64,000 nucleotides of DNA from an uncultured Eubacteriales bacterium (GCA_902765005.1 CACWYB010000002.1:141058-205057); one strand, 5' to 3'; shown: positions 25,255 to 35,619, numbered from the stretch's first letter. Notes: generated by a model from the sequence alone, not told the origin. Translations and numbers: made by a program.

Positions 25255-26274
25255 ATGGAAAAAAGAGACTTAGATATCATTACAAACAGCGCGGTAAATT
25301 GGAGGATGTACCTTAATTGCACAGCCCTCATCACTGGAGCGACGGGAAGACTTGGCCGTTATATCCTGGAGACCCTTGCCGACGTGGATCTTCGCTATAA
25401 CCTCAATATGAGAATAATTGGATTAGCTCGCAGCGAAGAGAAGGCAAGAGCTGTCTTTGACAATTTACTTGATCTTCCCAATATTGAGTTCCTTTACCAG
25501 GATGTGAATACACCCATAGAATATGACGGAAAAATTGACTATATATTCCACACTGCCGGTCCCGCTGCACCAAAGGATTACGACACTCCTACTGAGACAT
25601 TATGGGCGCATGTCAATGGTACGCATAATGTCATGGAGTGCGCCAGGACACATAAGACCAAGAGAGTCTTCTATACATCTACAGTTGAGATCTATGGTGA
25701 GTGGAAGAATGATGAACATATTAAAGAGTCCGACATGGGCATCATGCGTCATTTGAATTCCAGAGCATGCTATCCGGAGGCAAAAAGGCTCTGCGAAACC
25801 ATGCTGACTACCTATAAGCAGGAATATGGAATCTCCTACTGCGGTGTCCGTATGTGCCATACGCTTGGCCCTGGTGTATCCCTTACGGATGGTCGTGGGT
25901 TTGCTGAATTCATGGATTGTGTTCTGAAGAATGAGGATATTGTTCTTCACTCCGACGGCGGAGCAATGAGAACTTATACCTATGTCGCTGATGCGGTGAA
26001 CGCGATGTTCCTCGTTATGGATAAGGGCGAGGATATGCTTTACAACGTTGCGAATGAAGATAACTTGATAAGCATTCGCGATCTTGCAGAAACAATGGTG
26101 ACTCTGCTTCCCGATAGAACCTGCAAGGTAAGATTTGCCCCGGAAGCTGCTAAATTACAGTATTTACCCTTCAAGCTCGCTATCTTGGATACGAGCAAGG
26201 TGAGAGATCTTGGGTGGAAACCGGTTACTGATATAAGAACAATGTTTAAATGGACGATGGAGTCGTTTCTGTAA
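25255..26274 (+). CDS. NAD(P)-dependent SDR (epimerase/dehydratase/reductase fold), probable partner reductase of the cytidylyltransferase
   Basis: 339 aa with ITGATGRLGRYI and YPEAKRLCE (YxxxK). Confidence 0.65.
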   Translation: MEKRDLDIITNSAVNWRMYLNCTALITGATGRLGRYILETLADVDLRYNLNMRIIGLARSEEKARAVFDNLLDLPNIEFLYQDVNTPIEYDGKIDYIFHTAGPAAPKDYDTPTETLWAHVNGTHNVMECARTHKTKRVFYTSTVEIYGEWKNDEHIKESDMGIMRHLNSRACYPEAKRLCETMLTTYKQEYGISYCGVRMCHTLGPGVSLTDGRGFAEFMDCVLKNEDIVLHSDGGAMRTYTYVADAVNAMFLVMDKGEDMLYNVANEDNLISIRDLAETMVTLLPDRTCKVRFAPEAAKLQYLPFKLAILDTSKVRDLGWKPVTDIRTMFKWTMESFL

Positions 26275-26298
26275 TCATTGAAATTTGAGGATGATAAA

Positions 26299-27237
26299 AT
26301 GATCAATCAAATGCCTACTGTGGCCGTTCTGATGAGCACATATAATGGAGAGAAGTTTCTTCGAGAGCAACTTGACAGTATCTTCAACCAGGATAATGTA
26401 GCGGTCAAGCTGTTTGTTCGTGATGATGGCTCAACTGATGGTACAGTGGGTATTTTGAGGAAGTATGCGCAGCGGTTTCCTGTCGAAATTATTCTTGATG
26501 GAGAAAATGTTCGACCAGGTGAAAGTTTTATGAGACTGGTGTACAGATATGCTGATGAGCCAGGAATCGATTATTACGCATTTGCCGATCAGGACGATGT
26601 GTGGCTTCCAGAGAAGCTTAGCGTTGCGATTACGAAGATAGAAGATAGCGACGCGAGTTTTCCAATGCTATATGGGTCAAATCAATACATCTATACTGAC
26701 GGAGAGAATAAAGGAGACAGATATAAAGAACCCCAGAGAATTGACCTTATTTCTCACATGACGAAGAATACAATTGCGGGATGTACTTTTGTATTTAATA
26801 AAGCACTTGCTCAGTTGGTAACTGAAGCAGGTAGACCGGATCCTCGGATTTTAAGATATCGACTTCATGATGCTTGGATGATGCTTGTGGCGATCACGTG
26901 TGGAAGAGCTATATACGATAAAAACTCACATATGTTATACCGTATTCATTCGGAAAATGTGGTTGGTATAAAAAAAACATCATTTTCAGATAAGATTAAT
27001 CGCTTGAAAAGGATGCTTAACAACAATAGTTCAAATATTCGTATGGTGACTGCAAGAGAACTTATCTCGCTATTCCCACAGATGAAAGAGGATTGTAGAA
27101 TTACTCTGCATTTGTATGCAGATTATAAGGAAAGTGTTAAAGACAGGATTGCGTTGTTGTCTAATAACAAAATAGTTTTGGAATGTCAGGAGAACCCGAT
27201 TGTGTTTAGAGTTAAGGTTTTACTGGGCTTGTTGTGA
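26299..27237 (+). CDS. family-2 glycosyltransferase
   Basis: It has VAVLMSTYNGEKFLREQLDSI, VRDDGSTDGT and ADQDDVW (DxD). GAGGA lies 7 nt before ATG 26299. Confidence 0.8.
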   Translation: MINQMPTVAVLMSTYNGEKFLREQLDSIFNQDNVAVKLFVRDDGSTDGTVGILRKYAQRFPVEIILDGENVRPGESFMRLVYRYADEPGIDYYAFADQDDVWLPEKLSVAITKIEDSDASFPMLYGSNQYIYTDGENKGDRYKEPQRIDLISHMTKNTIAGCTFVFNKALAQLVTEAGRPDPRILRYRLHDAWMMLVAITCGRAIYDKNSHMLYRIHSENVVGIKKTSFSDKINRLKRMLNNNSSNIRMVTARELISLFPQMKEDCRITLHLYADYKESVKDRIALLSNNKIVLECQENPIVFRVKVLLGLL

Positions 27238-27246
27238 GGGAGAGGC

Positions 27247-28248
27247 ATGAAATCAAAATTTATTTTTTCTTATATTGATAGAGATAGTAATGGGATCTAT
27301 AAAGACATGACGTCAGATGCGGCGATAGGAAAAATTGATTTTTTGCCATCTCACAAAGTATTCAAAGGAAAGCTCGCTACTACTATTGAAAAGGCCTTGC
27401 TGAGTAGCCGATTCCAGAATAGTGTCATCGGGGCTGTTTTTCAGGGGGTGTTTGCTAATTTGGATGCATATCCTTATGATCCAGACATAAATTATTATAT
27501 TTTAATCCCCTCAACTAGCGTAGGGAAACTTTCTATTACATATTTGAATAGATTCACAAAACGGCATAGTAATGTGAAGCTGTTCCCTGTTCTTACTGAT
27601 TCTATGCACGCTAGTTCTCCGCATATGAATTTTGTAAGACCTAAATTGAACTCGCAGGTTTGGGAAAGAGTGCTAACGTTTGACAAAAATGACGCTGAGG
27701 AATTTGGATTTACATGGTTTGGCTATTCATGGTATTCAAGTTTTGAAGAGGTTGAAGCATCAAAAGAGCAAGCCGATCTTTTCTACGTAGGCTTTAAAAA
27801 AGGGAACCGGGAAAAAATGATTGCTGACATCTATGATGCAGCAATTGAATGTCAAGTAGACTGTGATTTTCGAGTGGTTTCTTCTGAGGAATGTGCTGTT
27901 AAACCTGGTAGTAACTTAAAATATACAAATAGAAGATTTGCATATCCAGAGTTAGTGTCTAGCATAAAATCAACAAATTGCATATTGGAAGTATTACAAG
28001 AAGGTCAAGATACACAAACAATAAAATACTATGAAGCTGTATGCTACGGAAAGAAACTATTAACAAATAATAGACATATTAAAGAGTTGCCTTATTATAG
28101 CGATGACAATATGAAATTCTTTGAAGGTGTAAGCGATATAGATTGGGAATGGATAAAAGAGAGACGCCCAGTTGAGTATAACTATCAAGGGGAGTTTTCT
28201 CCACTAAAAATCATTGATTTCTTAAAAGAACTCTATAACATCGAATAG
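27247..28248 (+). CDS. hypothetical protein, possibly a transferase (function unknown)
   Basis: 333 aa, soluble, with AT-rich codon usage like its neighbours and a GAGGGAGAGG RBS. I recognise no diagnostic motif. Confidence 0.5.
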   Translation: MKSKFIFSYIDRDSNGIYKDMTSDAAIGKIDFLPSHKVFKGKLATTIEKALLSSRFQNSVIGAVFQGVFANLDAYPYDPDINYYILIPSTSVGKLSITYLNRFTKRHSNVKLFPVLTDSMHASSPHMNFVRPKLNSQVWERVLTFDKNDAEEFGFTWFGYSWYSSFEEVEASKEQADLFYVGFKKGNREKMIADIYDAAIECQVDCDFRVVSSEECAVKPGSNLKYTNRRFAYPELVSSIKSTNCILEVLQEGQDTQTIKYYEAVCYGKKLLTNNRHIKELPYYSDDNMKFFEGVSDIDWEWIKERRPVEYNYQGEFSPLKIIDFLKELYNIE

Positions 28249-28257
28249 GTATAAAAA

Positions 28258-28884
28258 ATGACAATCCAGAAAATGATATTTGACTTGATTCACATGTATA
28301 TTGTAAGGGATTTAGTTGGGCCTATTGAAAAGTCTCGATATGCCTGCTTTGGAAGTGAATCACGGATTTATAAACCTTTAATTCACGATAAATATAGGAA
28401 TCGGGTTTCGATCGGGAAAGACACTGTAATAGGTAAATATAGTCGTATTCAGTGCTATCCCAATGAAAATATGGAGATCGGCCGTCTAGTAATTGGAGAT
28501 GGTTGCAGAATTGGGAATAGGTGTAGTTTTCTTTGTGGTGGAGATATAACAATTGGAAATGGTGTCCTCATGGCCTCGGATATATTGATATCAAGCGAGA
28601 ATCATTCTATTAATCCTGAGAGTCAGGTGTGGTATATGTCGCAACCATTGCGGTGTGACAAAATTATTATAAAAGACGGATGCTGGATAGGAGAGAAGGT
28701 CTGCATTCTGCCTGGAGTATCAATTGGCACTAAGTCGGTCATTGGTGCAGGTAGTATTGTAACAAAAAACATTCCTGATTATAGCATAGCAGTTGGGAAT
28801 CCAGCTAAGGTAATTAAGAAATACGATTTTGAAAAGAGTAAGTGGATGAGCATATATAAAGAAGCAAATTATGATGGGAGGTAA
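28258..28884 (+). CDS. hexapeptide-repeat (LbH) O-acetyltransferase
   Basis: It has LbH repeats and the family tail (IGEKVCILPGVSIGTKSVIGAGSIVTKNIPDYSIAVGNPAKVIKKY). Confidence 0.8.
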   Translation: MTIQKMIFDLIHMYIVRDLVGPIEKSRYACFGSESRIYKPLIHDKYRNRVSIGKDTVIGKYSRIQCYPNENMEIGRLVIGDGCRIGNRCSFLCGGDITIGNGVLMASDILISSENHSINPESQVWYMSQPLRCDKIIIKDGCWIGEKVCILPGVSIGTKSVIGAGSIVTKNIPDYSIAVGNPAKVIKKYDFEKSKWMSIYKEANYDGR

Positions 28885-29796
28885 ATGACTGTGATTGATG
28901 AAAGACTAGATAGGCAGTTGGTTGCCTTTAATGAAAGATATCAAAAATGCTTCTACTCTTCCTCGAATGCAGATGATATTAAGAAGAACAGGTATTTTTC
29001 AAATATTCGATCCTTGGATTTTAAACGCGTTGTTGAAGACCTTAAGTACCGTAAATATGCAAAAAAGCATTTTTCAACGGAAGGAAACATTGTTAGTCAA
29101 ATTCCACATGCAATTAATCCTTCCGGTCTCAAAATTGCCGTTTATTGTTGTATAGTTGGTCAATATGACAGCATTATTGAGCCTATCTATAACGAAGATA
29201 ACATTGATTATTTGGTTTATACTGACCAAGATTTGCCAGTGAACTCATCCTGGAGGAAAAGAGAAATACGGAATTTTCCAGAGTACACACAACTAAAGGC
29301 TGCACAGTTAAACCGCAAAATAAAAATATTACAGACAGATGAGCTGTTACGATATGACTTTACAATCTATGTTGATGGTAATATTGAAATCGTATCAGGG
29401 CTAAGTCCAATTATTGCGAATATGGGCCAATATGGACTGGGCGTACATTATCATAGGCGAAGAGATTGCATCTATGACGAAGTGGTAGCTGTTAAGCACT
29501 TAAAGAGGTTATCAGGAGAAGACATGGATGAGCAAATTAATACGTATAGAAGAGATGGCTTTCCAACACATTTTGGAATGTATGAAAACTCCATTTTGAT
29601 CAGAAATAATAGAGATGAGGAAACCATAGATCTAATGCAAGAATGGTGGAATGAATACATGCGGTTTCCGACCAGAGATCAGTTATCTCTTCCTTATGTC
29701 GTTTGGAAGACGGGGTACAACAAGAATAAGGTGTATATCTTAGGAAATGATGTTGAACGGAATCCTAGGTTTAATAGGCTCTATAATCATAAGTAG
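28885..29796 (+). CDS. DUF616-type (TOD1/MUCI70-like) putative glycosyltransferase
   Basis: 303 aa with IAVYCCIVGQYDSIIEP...IDYLVYTDQDL and FTIYVDGNIEI. The start is adjacent to the upstream TAA. Confidence 0.6.
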   Translation: MTVIDERLDRQLVAFNERYQKCFYSSSNADDIKKNRYFSNIRSLDFKRVVEDLKYRKYAKKHFSTEGNIVSQIPHAINPSGLKIAVYCCIVGQYDSIIEPIYNEDNIDYLVYTDQDLPVNSSWRKREIRNFPEYTQLKAAQLNRKIKILQTDELLRYDFTIYVDGNIEIVSGLSPIIANMGQYGLGVHYHRRRDCIYDEVVAVKHLKRLSGEDMDEQINTYRRDGFPTHFGMYENSILIRNNRDEETIDLMQEWWNEYMRFPTRDQLSLPYVVWKTGYNKNKVYILGNDVERNPRFNRLYNHK

Positions 29797-29898
29797 GAGA
29801 ATTCCAACTTTAGTAAACACATGACAATTGCAATTTGGACAAGTGAGTTTGAATTATAAAACAGTCATTTGTTTTGAGTTGAAGAAGGAGATTAGTCG

Positions 29899-30753
29899 AT
29901 GAAGGTTCTAGTCACAGGAGCAAATGGATATCTTGGCCGAGGAATTGTAAAACATCTGCTAGATATAAACTGTTCAGTTGTTGCAACGGATAGAGATTTA
30001 TCGCGAGTCGATGATAGAGCGCAGAAAGTGGCGTGTGACCTTTTTTCTGTAAATGATCCATACAAATTTTTTAACAAACCTGACGTCCTTTTACATTTAG
30101 CATGGAGAGATGGATTTGTACATTACTCAGATGTTCATATAGATGATCTGCCAAAACACTATAGGTTTTTGAAGGCGTTCGCAGAGTCTGATGTAAAATT
30201 GATTGCTGGTATGGGTTCTATGCACGAAATTGGTTTTTATGAGGGATGCATACACGAGGACACACCATGCAAACCAACTACTCCGTATGGGATAAGCAAA
30301 AATGCTTTACGTATGCTTACACAATTGCTCTGTGAACAGAATAACAAGGAATATATGTGGCTTAGAGGTTACTATATTGTGGGCAATTCTGAATTTGGTT
30401 CTTCCATATTTTCAAAAATCACATCTGCCGTTAAAGATGGGAAACAAGATTTTCCCTTTACTATGGGGCAAAACCAGTTTGATTTTATAGATTACGATTT
30501 GTTTTGTGAACAGGTTGCACGAGCTGTCACACAAGACAAAACCCTTGGGATAATTAATATTTGTTCTGGCTATCCAGAGAAACTTGCTGATCGGGTTGAG
30601 AGATTCATACAAGAGAATGGATATAAAATACAATTGAAATATGGAGCATTCCCAGATCGCCCATATGATTCAAAGGCTGTATGGGGTGATGCATGCAAGA
30701 TTAAAAGAATCATAGAAAATACTGAAAGATTTGAATATGATAATCAGAATTAA
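29899..30753 (+). CDS. NAD-dependent epimerase/dehydratase-family SDR
   Basis: 284 aa with MKVLVTGANGYLGRGIV and PYGISKNALR (YxxxK). A GAAGGAG RBS is present. Confidence 0.7.
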   Translation: MKVLVTGANGYLGRGIVKHLLDINCSVVATDRDLSRVDDRAQKVACDLFSVNDPYKFFNKPDVLLHLAWRDGFVHYSDVHIDDLPKHYRFLKAFAESDVKLIAGMGSMHEIGFYEGCIHEDTPCKPTTPYGISKNALRMLTQLLCEQNNKEYMWLRGYYIVGNSEFGSSIFSKITSAVKDGKQDFPFTMGQNQFDFIDYDLFCEQVARAVTQDKTLGIINICSGYPEKLADRVERFIQENGYKIQLKYGAFPDRPYDSKAVWGDACKIKRIIENTERFEYDNQN

Positions 30754-31873
30754 TAAGAGAAAATACAAGTATCTTCTAATGATTATCTTTGCACTGATTA
30801 TGGGGTTCATGTTCCATCTCGATCGTAGTGTGAACATGGACTTCAATAGATGGCAGGAGATAATGGATACAGTGCGAAGTTCGGGAATGAGTTTGTCTGA
30901 TTTCTTGGCAGACAAAACTCATATGCTGAAATGGCTGAATATTACACTGCCCTACATGTACTCATTTGATATCTTATTGTATTTTACAAGTAGGCTTTTT
31001 AATAATAACTATGTATTGGTGTGGGTTTCGGTATTAATTGATTATACTATTATTGCCCATATTGCGTATGATTGGAGAAAAGATAGTAAATACAGTCAGA
31101 TGGAAGTAATTCTATCTATACTGATTTGCTTTGGCTTTCTTCCTGCCATTCATGTTTGTTCCGGTCTTAGAACCGCAACTTCTGCATGCTTTATGGCATT
31201 AGCGGTTTACAAATATCTTTACAGAGACAAGGGAATACTATTGTTTATATTATTGGCTGGAGTCTCTATTACATTCCATCCTTTTTCTATTTTTGCGGTT
31301 CCTATAGCCCTGGTTATTAAGTTAACTACGAGGAAGATCGTATTTTACATAACAGCTTTGGGGTGCTTGTTTATTTCACGAATCGCGGATATCTTTTCAA
31401 GGTCAGGAATTGCTTTTTTGAGATCACTAGCAACAAAATATGTTACCTATACAGCTGAAGGGCAATTTAGGGCGTACAGGTTCGCAATGTATGGAATAAT
31501 AGTTTTTGCGGTTCTTGTTATTGGATACTACCTTATGGTGTATCAAAAAACAGCAGCTAAGAAGGCCGGAAAAAGAAACGCTTTGTTAAATATCCTCACG
31601 GGTTCTAGACATATTTACGCGGATAAAGAGAGACTGTTTTTATTTCTTTCAAGTTATTTGGCTCTCCTTATTGGAAATGCAGGAAGTTATGAAATGGTAT
31701 GCCGAGGTGGATACATTATTGGCGCATCTGCTCCTATATTGACTGATTTGTTGCTCGGTACAGAAAGTGCTAGTAACAGAAGCATAGCCACTATGATAAG
31801 GTTTGCTATCGTTATATTGCTCCTCTATATGTGCTTTAGTTGGATCAGATATTATTATCCATATTTCATATAG
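30737..31873 (+). CDS. wzy: polytopic membrane protein, EpsG/Wzy-like repeat-unit polymerase
   Basis: It has roughly 10 predicted TM helices, no other family motifs, and sits in a Wzx-containing locus. The start is uncertain: TTG 30731, ATG 30737 or ATG 30779. Confidence 0.6.
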   Translation: MIIRINKRKYKYLLMIIFALIMGFMFHLDRSVNMDFNRWQEIMDTVRSSGMSLSDFLADKTHMLKWLNITLPYMYSFDILLYFTSRLFNNNYVLVWVSVLIDYTIIAHIAYDWRKDSKYSQMEVILSILICFGFLPAIHVCSGLRTATSACFMALAVYKYLYRDKGILLFILLAGVSITFHPFSIFAVPIALVIKLTTRKIVFYITALGCLFISRIADIFSRSGIAFLRSLATKYVTYTAEGQFRAYRFAMYGIIVFAVLVIGYYLMVYQKTAAKKAGKRNALLNILTGSRHIYADKERLFLFLSSYLALLIGNAGSYEMVCRGGYIIGASAPILTDLLLGTESASNRSIATMIRFAIVILLLYMCFSWIRYYYPYFI

Positions 31874-31926
31874 TTTTGTGAAATATGGGCACATAGAAAC
31901 ACGATTTTTTAGGAAAGGGGTACCTT

Positions 31927-32814
31927 ATGAAAGGAATCATCTTAGCAGGCGGAGCTGGAACCCGTCTTTACCCACTTACTATGGTAACGAGCAAACAGCT
32001 CTTACCGGTCTATGACAAGCCGATGATCTACTATCCGCTGTCAACATTAATGCTTGCCGGGATAAAAGATATCCTGATCATCAGTACTCCGGATGATACG
32101 CCGAGGTTTGAGGCATTGCTGGGTGATGGATCGCAGTTCGGTATCCGTCTTTCCTATAAGGTACAGCCGAGCCCTGATGGCCTTGCCCAGGCGTTTATCC
32201 TTGGTGAAGAGTTCATCGGTGATGATGCGTGCGCCATGGTGTTAGGTGACAATATCTTCTATGGGAATGGCTTCAAACGAATCCTCCGAGCAGCGGTGGA
32301 GGATGCGGAGGTGAACTCTCGTGCCACTGTGTTTGGATACTATGTGAATGACCCAGAGCGTTTCGGTGTGGTTGCCTTCGACGAGAATGGTAAGGCCACA
32401 TCCATTGAGGAGAAACCGAGGGAGCCGAAATCAAACTATGCGGTTACGGGGCTTTATTTCTACCCGTCGGGGGTTTCGGTTCGAGCAAACAAAGTTAAAC
32501 CCTCTGCCCGTGGAGAGTTGGAGATCACTACCCTTAATGAGATGTATCTCAAAGATGAGCTTTTAGATGTCCAGCTTCTGGGCCGTGGTTTCGCCTGGCT
32601 TGATACGGGTACAATGGACAGCCTTGTGGAAGCAGCTGATTTCGTCCAGATGATTTCTCAGCGGCAAGGGATTACAATTTCTGCCCCTGAAGAAATTGCT
32701 TACATAAACAACTGGATCGATAGGAACAAGTTGATGGAATCTGCGACCCGGTATGGCAAATCTCCTTACGGTGCTCACCTTAAGGCTGTGGCTGAAGGAA
32801 AAGTCAGATATTGA
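31927..32814 (+). CDS. rmlA: glucose-1-phosphate thymidylyltransferase
   Basis: 295 aa with [18 protein letters not shown]...[18 protein letters not shown]. Confidence 0.95.
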   Translation: MKGIILAGGAGTRLYPLTMVTSKQLLPVYDKPMIYYPLSTLMLAGIKDILIISTPDDTPRFEALLGDGSQFGIRLSYKVQPSPDGLAQAFILGEEFIGDDACAMVLGDNIFYGNGFKRILRAAVEDAEVNSRATVFGYYVNDPERFGVVAFDENGKATSIEEKPREPKSNYAVTGLYFYPSGVSVRANKVKPSARGELEITTLNEMYLKDELLDVQLLGRGFAWLDTGTMDSLVEAADFVQMISQRQGITISAPEEIAYINNWIDRNKLMESATRYGKSPYGAHLKAVAEGKVRY

Positions 32815-32845
32815 TGCCGAATAGAATGATGAGAGGAATCTAGAA

Positions 32846-33913
32846 ATGAAAAAGTATCTAATCACAGGTTGCGCCGGATTCATCGGTTCAAACTTCGTGT
32901 ACTACATGCTAAAGAAGTACCAGGATATTCTTCTGGTGAATCTTGATGCACTGACCTATGCAGGCAATCTGGAAAACCTGAAAGGCGTAGAGGGCGATCC
33001 CAGGCATGTTTTCGTGCAGGGAGATATCTGCGATAAAGAACTGGTGACAAAGCTTTTCAGTCAATACGACTTCGATTATGTGATTAACTTTGCTGCGGAA
33101 TCGCATGTTGACCGCTCTATCGCCAACCCGGAAATCTTTGTGCAGACGAATGTTATGGGTACGGTAAATCTGCTGCAGAGAGCGAAGGAAGCATGGTACG
33201 ATGCTGAGAAGAAGACCTGGAAGGAAGGAAAGAAGTATCTCCAGGTATCTACGGATGAGGTCTATGGCGCGCTTGGAGCAGAAGGCTTCTTTATGGAGAC
33301 CACGCCGATTAATCCGCACAGTCCTTACAGTTCCTCTAAAGCCTCTGCTGATCACTTTGTAAAGGCTTTCCACGATACTTATGGTATGCCGATTAATATC
33401 ACCCGTTGCAGCAACAACTACGGGCCTTACCAGTTCCCGGAGAAGCTGATTCCGTTGATGATCAATAATGTGAAGCATCATAAGCAGCTCCCGGTTTATG
33501 GTGACGGCATGCAGATCCGTGACTGGCTGTATGTTGAGGATCATTGCAAGGCAATCGATATGGTTGCTAACGGCGGAAAGATCGGCGACGTCTACAACGT
33601 TGGTGGCCACAATGAGCGCCCGAATATTTTTATCGTAAAGACCATCATTGAGCAGCTCCATGATAGGCTGAAGGATGACGGTATTTCTGGGGCTCTCATC
33701 AAGCATGTGGAAGATCGTCTCGGTCATGACCGTCGCTACGGTATTGATCCGACTAAGATAAAAGAGGATCTTGGCTGGTATCCGGAAACGCCATTTGAGG
33801 TCGGGATCGTGAAGACCATAGACTGGTACCTCGAAAACGAGGAATGGATGAACCGGGTAACATCCGGCGCATATCAGAGCTACTACGCTGAGATGTATAA
33901 GAATAGGCAGTAA
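32846..33913 (+). CDS. rmlB: dTDP-glucose 4,6-dehydratase
   Basis: 355 aa with ITGCAGFIGSNF, STDEVYG and PYSSSKASADH. Confidence 0.95.
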   Translation: MKKYLITGCAGFIGSNFVYYMLKKYQDILLVNLDALTYAGNLENLKGVEGDPRHVFVQGDICDKELVTKLFSQYDFDYVINFAAESHVDRSIANPEIFVQTNVMGTVNLLQRAKEAWYDAEKKTWKEGKKYLQVSTDEVYGALGAEGFFMETTPINPHSPYSSSKASADHFVKAFHDTYGMPINITRCSNNYGPYQFPEKLIPLMINNVKHHKQLPVYGDGMQIRDWLYVEDHCKAIDMVANGGKIGDVYNVGGHNERPNIFIVKTIIEQLHDRLKDDGISGALIKHVEDRLGHDRRYGIDPTKIKEDLGWYPETPFEVGIVKTIDWYLENEEWMNRVTSGAYQSYYAEMYKNRQ

Positions 33914-33983
33914 TCCGCAGTAGGTAAAAGAAGAAAACTCGTTAAGAGCAGTGGTATAAGGAGCCGGATCACGGCAGGGTAAT

Positions 33984-34097
33984 GAGATTAAGGTTTTCGT
34001 AACAGGAGTAACTGGGCAGCTTGGACATGACGTTGTGATCGAAGCTGTTAAGCGTGGTCATGATGTCATCGGCTCTGGAAGCCGAAAGGGTGAAGAC
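33984..34097 (+). pseudogene. orphan 5' fragment of a second rmlD allele, fused in frame ahead of the intact rmlD
   Basis: It translates as EIKVFVTGVTGQLGHDVVIEAVKRGHDVIGSGSR, compared with the real N-terminus MKVFVTGVGGQLGHDVVNELDRR. The only nearby ATG (33982) is out of frame. Confidence 0.7.
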
Positions 34098-35012
34098 ATG
34101 AAGGTATTCGTAACAGGCGTTGGCGGACAGCTTGGCCATGACGTGGTTAATGAGCTGGATCGGAGAGCCCATGAAAGCATAGGTTCTGATATTCAGGCTG
34201 CATATAGCGGTGTGGATGACGGAAGCGCAGTAGTTACTGCAGCTTATATTCAGTTGGATATAACTGATGGAGCTGCGGTAAGCAAGATGATTGAGGAATT
34301 GAAACCCGATGTAATCATCCACTGCGCAGCATGGACAAACGTCGATGGAGCAGAAGTACCGGAAAACCAGGTAAAGGTACATCAGATCAACGCAGTCGGC
34401 ACAGAGAATATTGCCAAGGCTGCCAAAGCGGTTGACGCCAAGATGGTCTATATCAGCACGGACTATGTTTTTGACGGTCAAGGTGAGCGACCGTGGGAAC
34501 CGGATGATAAGTGCTATGCACCGCTGAACGTGTACGGGCAGAGTAAACTGGATGGAGAAAAAGCCGTAACTGAGATGCTAGAGAAATACTTCATCGTCCG
34601 AATTGCGTGGGCCTTCGGTTTGAACGGAAAGAACTTCATCAAGACAATGATCAATGTGGGTAGGACCCATGATACAGTTCGCGTTGTGAACGACCAGATT
34701 GGCACTCCGACTTATACGCTGGATCTGGCTCGGCTGCTGGTCGACATGATTGAGACCGAAAAGTATGGTTACTATCATGCTACCAACGAGGGTGGCTACA
34801 TCAGCTGGTATGACTTCTGTTGCGAATTCTATAAGCAGTATGGTCTGAAGACGAAAGTAATCCCGGTTACAACAGAAGAGTACGGGCTCTCTGTTGCAGC
34901 CAGACCTTTCAACAGCAGGTTAGAGAAAAAGAAACTGGTAGAAGCTGGTTTTGATCCTCTTCCTACATGGCAGGATGCAGTAAGTAGATATTTGAAGGAG
35001 GCGGAGCTGTGA
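34098..35012 (+). CDS. rmlD: dTDP-4-dehydrorhamnose reductase
   Basis: Start taken at MKVFVTGVGGQLG (ATG 34098). It has DVIIHCAAWTNVDGAE, YISTDYVFDG and YGQSKLDGE. Confidence 0.9.
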   Translation: MKVFVTGVGGQLGHDVVNELDRRAHESIGSDIQAAYSGVDDGSAVVTAAYIQLDITDGAAVSKMIEELKPDVIIHCAAWTNVDGAEVPENQVKVHQINAVGTENIAKAAKAVDAKMVYISTDYVFDGQGERPWEPDDKCYAPLNVYGQSKLDGEKAVTEMLEKYFIVRIAWAFGLNGKNFIKTMINVGRTHDTVRVVNDQIGTPTYTLDLARLLVDMIETEKYGYYHATNEGGYISWYDFCCEFYKQYGLKTKVIPVTTEEYGLSVAARPFNSRLEKKKLVEAGFDPLPTWQDAVSRYLKEAEL

Positions 35013-35013
35013 C

Positions 35014-35619
35014 ATGGGACAGATAACAGTTGAGAAGAACCTCGACGGAATTGAGGGATTGTGCCTTATCACACCTGCAGTTCACGGCGACAATCGTGGC
35101 TATTTCATGGAAACGTACAGCCAGCGTGACATGGCTGAAGCGGGATTAGGTATTCTGTTTGTCCAGGACAATCAAAGCATGAGCACGAAAGGTGTTCTTC
35201 GCGGACTGCATTTTCAGAAGCAGTATCCGCAGACCAAACTCGTTCGTGTGATCAGGGGTGCTGTCTTTGACGTCGCAGTAGACCTGAGAAGCGGGTCTGC
35301 TACATATGGCAAGTGGCATGGCGAGCTGTTGACGGAAGAGAATAAGAAACAGTTCTTGATCCCCCGCGGATTTGCGCATGGTTTTCTGGTACTCTCGGAC
35401 ACAGCAGAGTTTTGCTATAAATGCGATGATTTCTATCATCCTAACGATGAGGGCGGTATGGCTTGGAATGACCCGGAGATCGGTATTGTGTGGCCGAAGT
35501 TGGAAGGTGAGCATAAAGGGACGGCAAGTTCTGATGGATACACAGTGGATGGCGTTCCGCTGAATCTTTCTGAGAAAGATCAGAAATGGCTTGGTATAAA
35601 GGATACGTTTAAATTCTAA
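35014..35619 (+). CDS. rmlC: dTDP-4-dehydrorhamnose 3,5-epimerase
   Basis: 201 aa with HGDNRGYFMETY, GVLRGLHFQ, KLVRVIRGAVFDVAVDLR and IPRGFAHGF. Confidence 0.95.
   Translation: MGQITVEKNLDGIEGLCLITPAVHGDNRGYFMETYSQRDMAEAGLGILFVQDNQSMSTKGVLRGLHFQKQYPQTKLVRVIRGAVFDVAVDLRSGSATYGKWHGELLTEENKKQFLIPRGFAHGFLVLSDTAEFCYKCDDFYHPNDEGGMAWNDPEIGIVWPKLEGEHKGTASSDGYTVDGVPLNLSEKDQKWLGIKDTFKF

Noticed and set aside
34035-34097. GTG 34035 as the start of rmlD (ORF track)
   Set aside because: This start lies inside the remnant of a second rmlD 5' end. The canonical MKVFVTGxxGQLG N-terminus with an upstream purine-rich RBS begins at ATG 34098.
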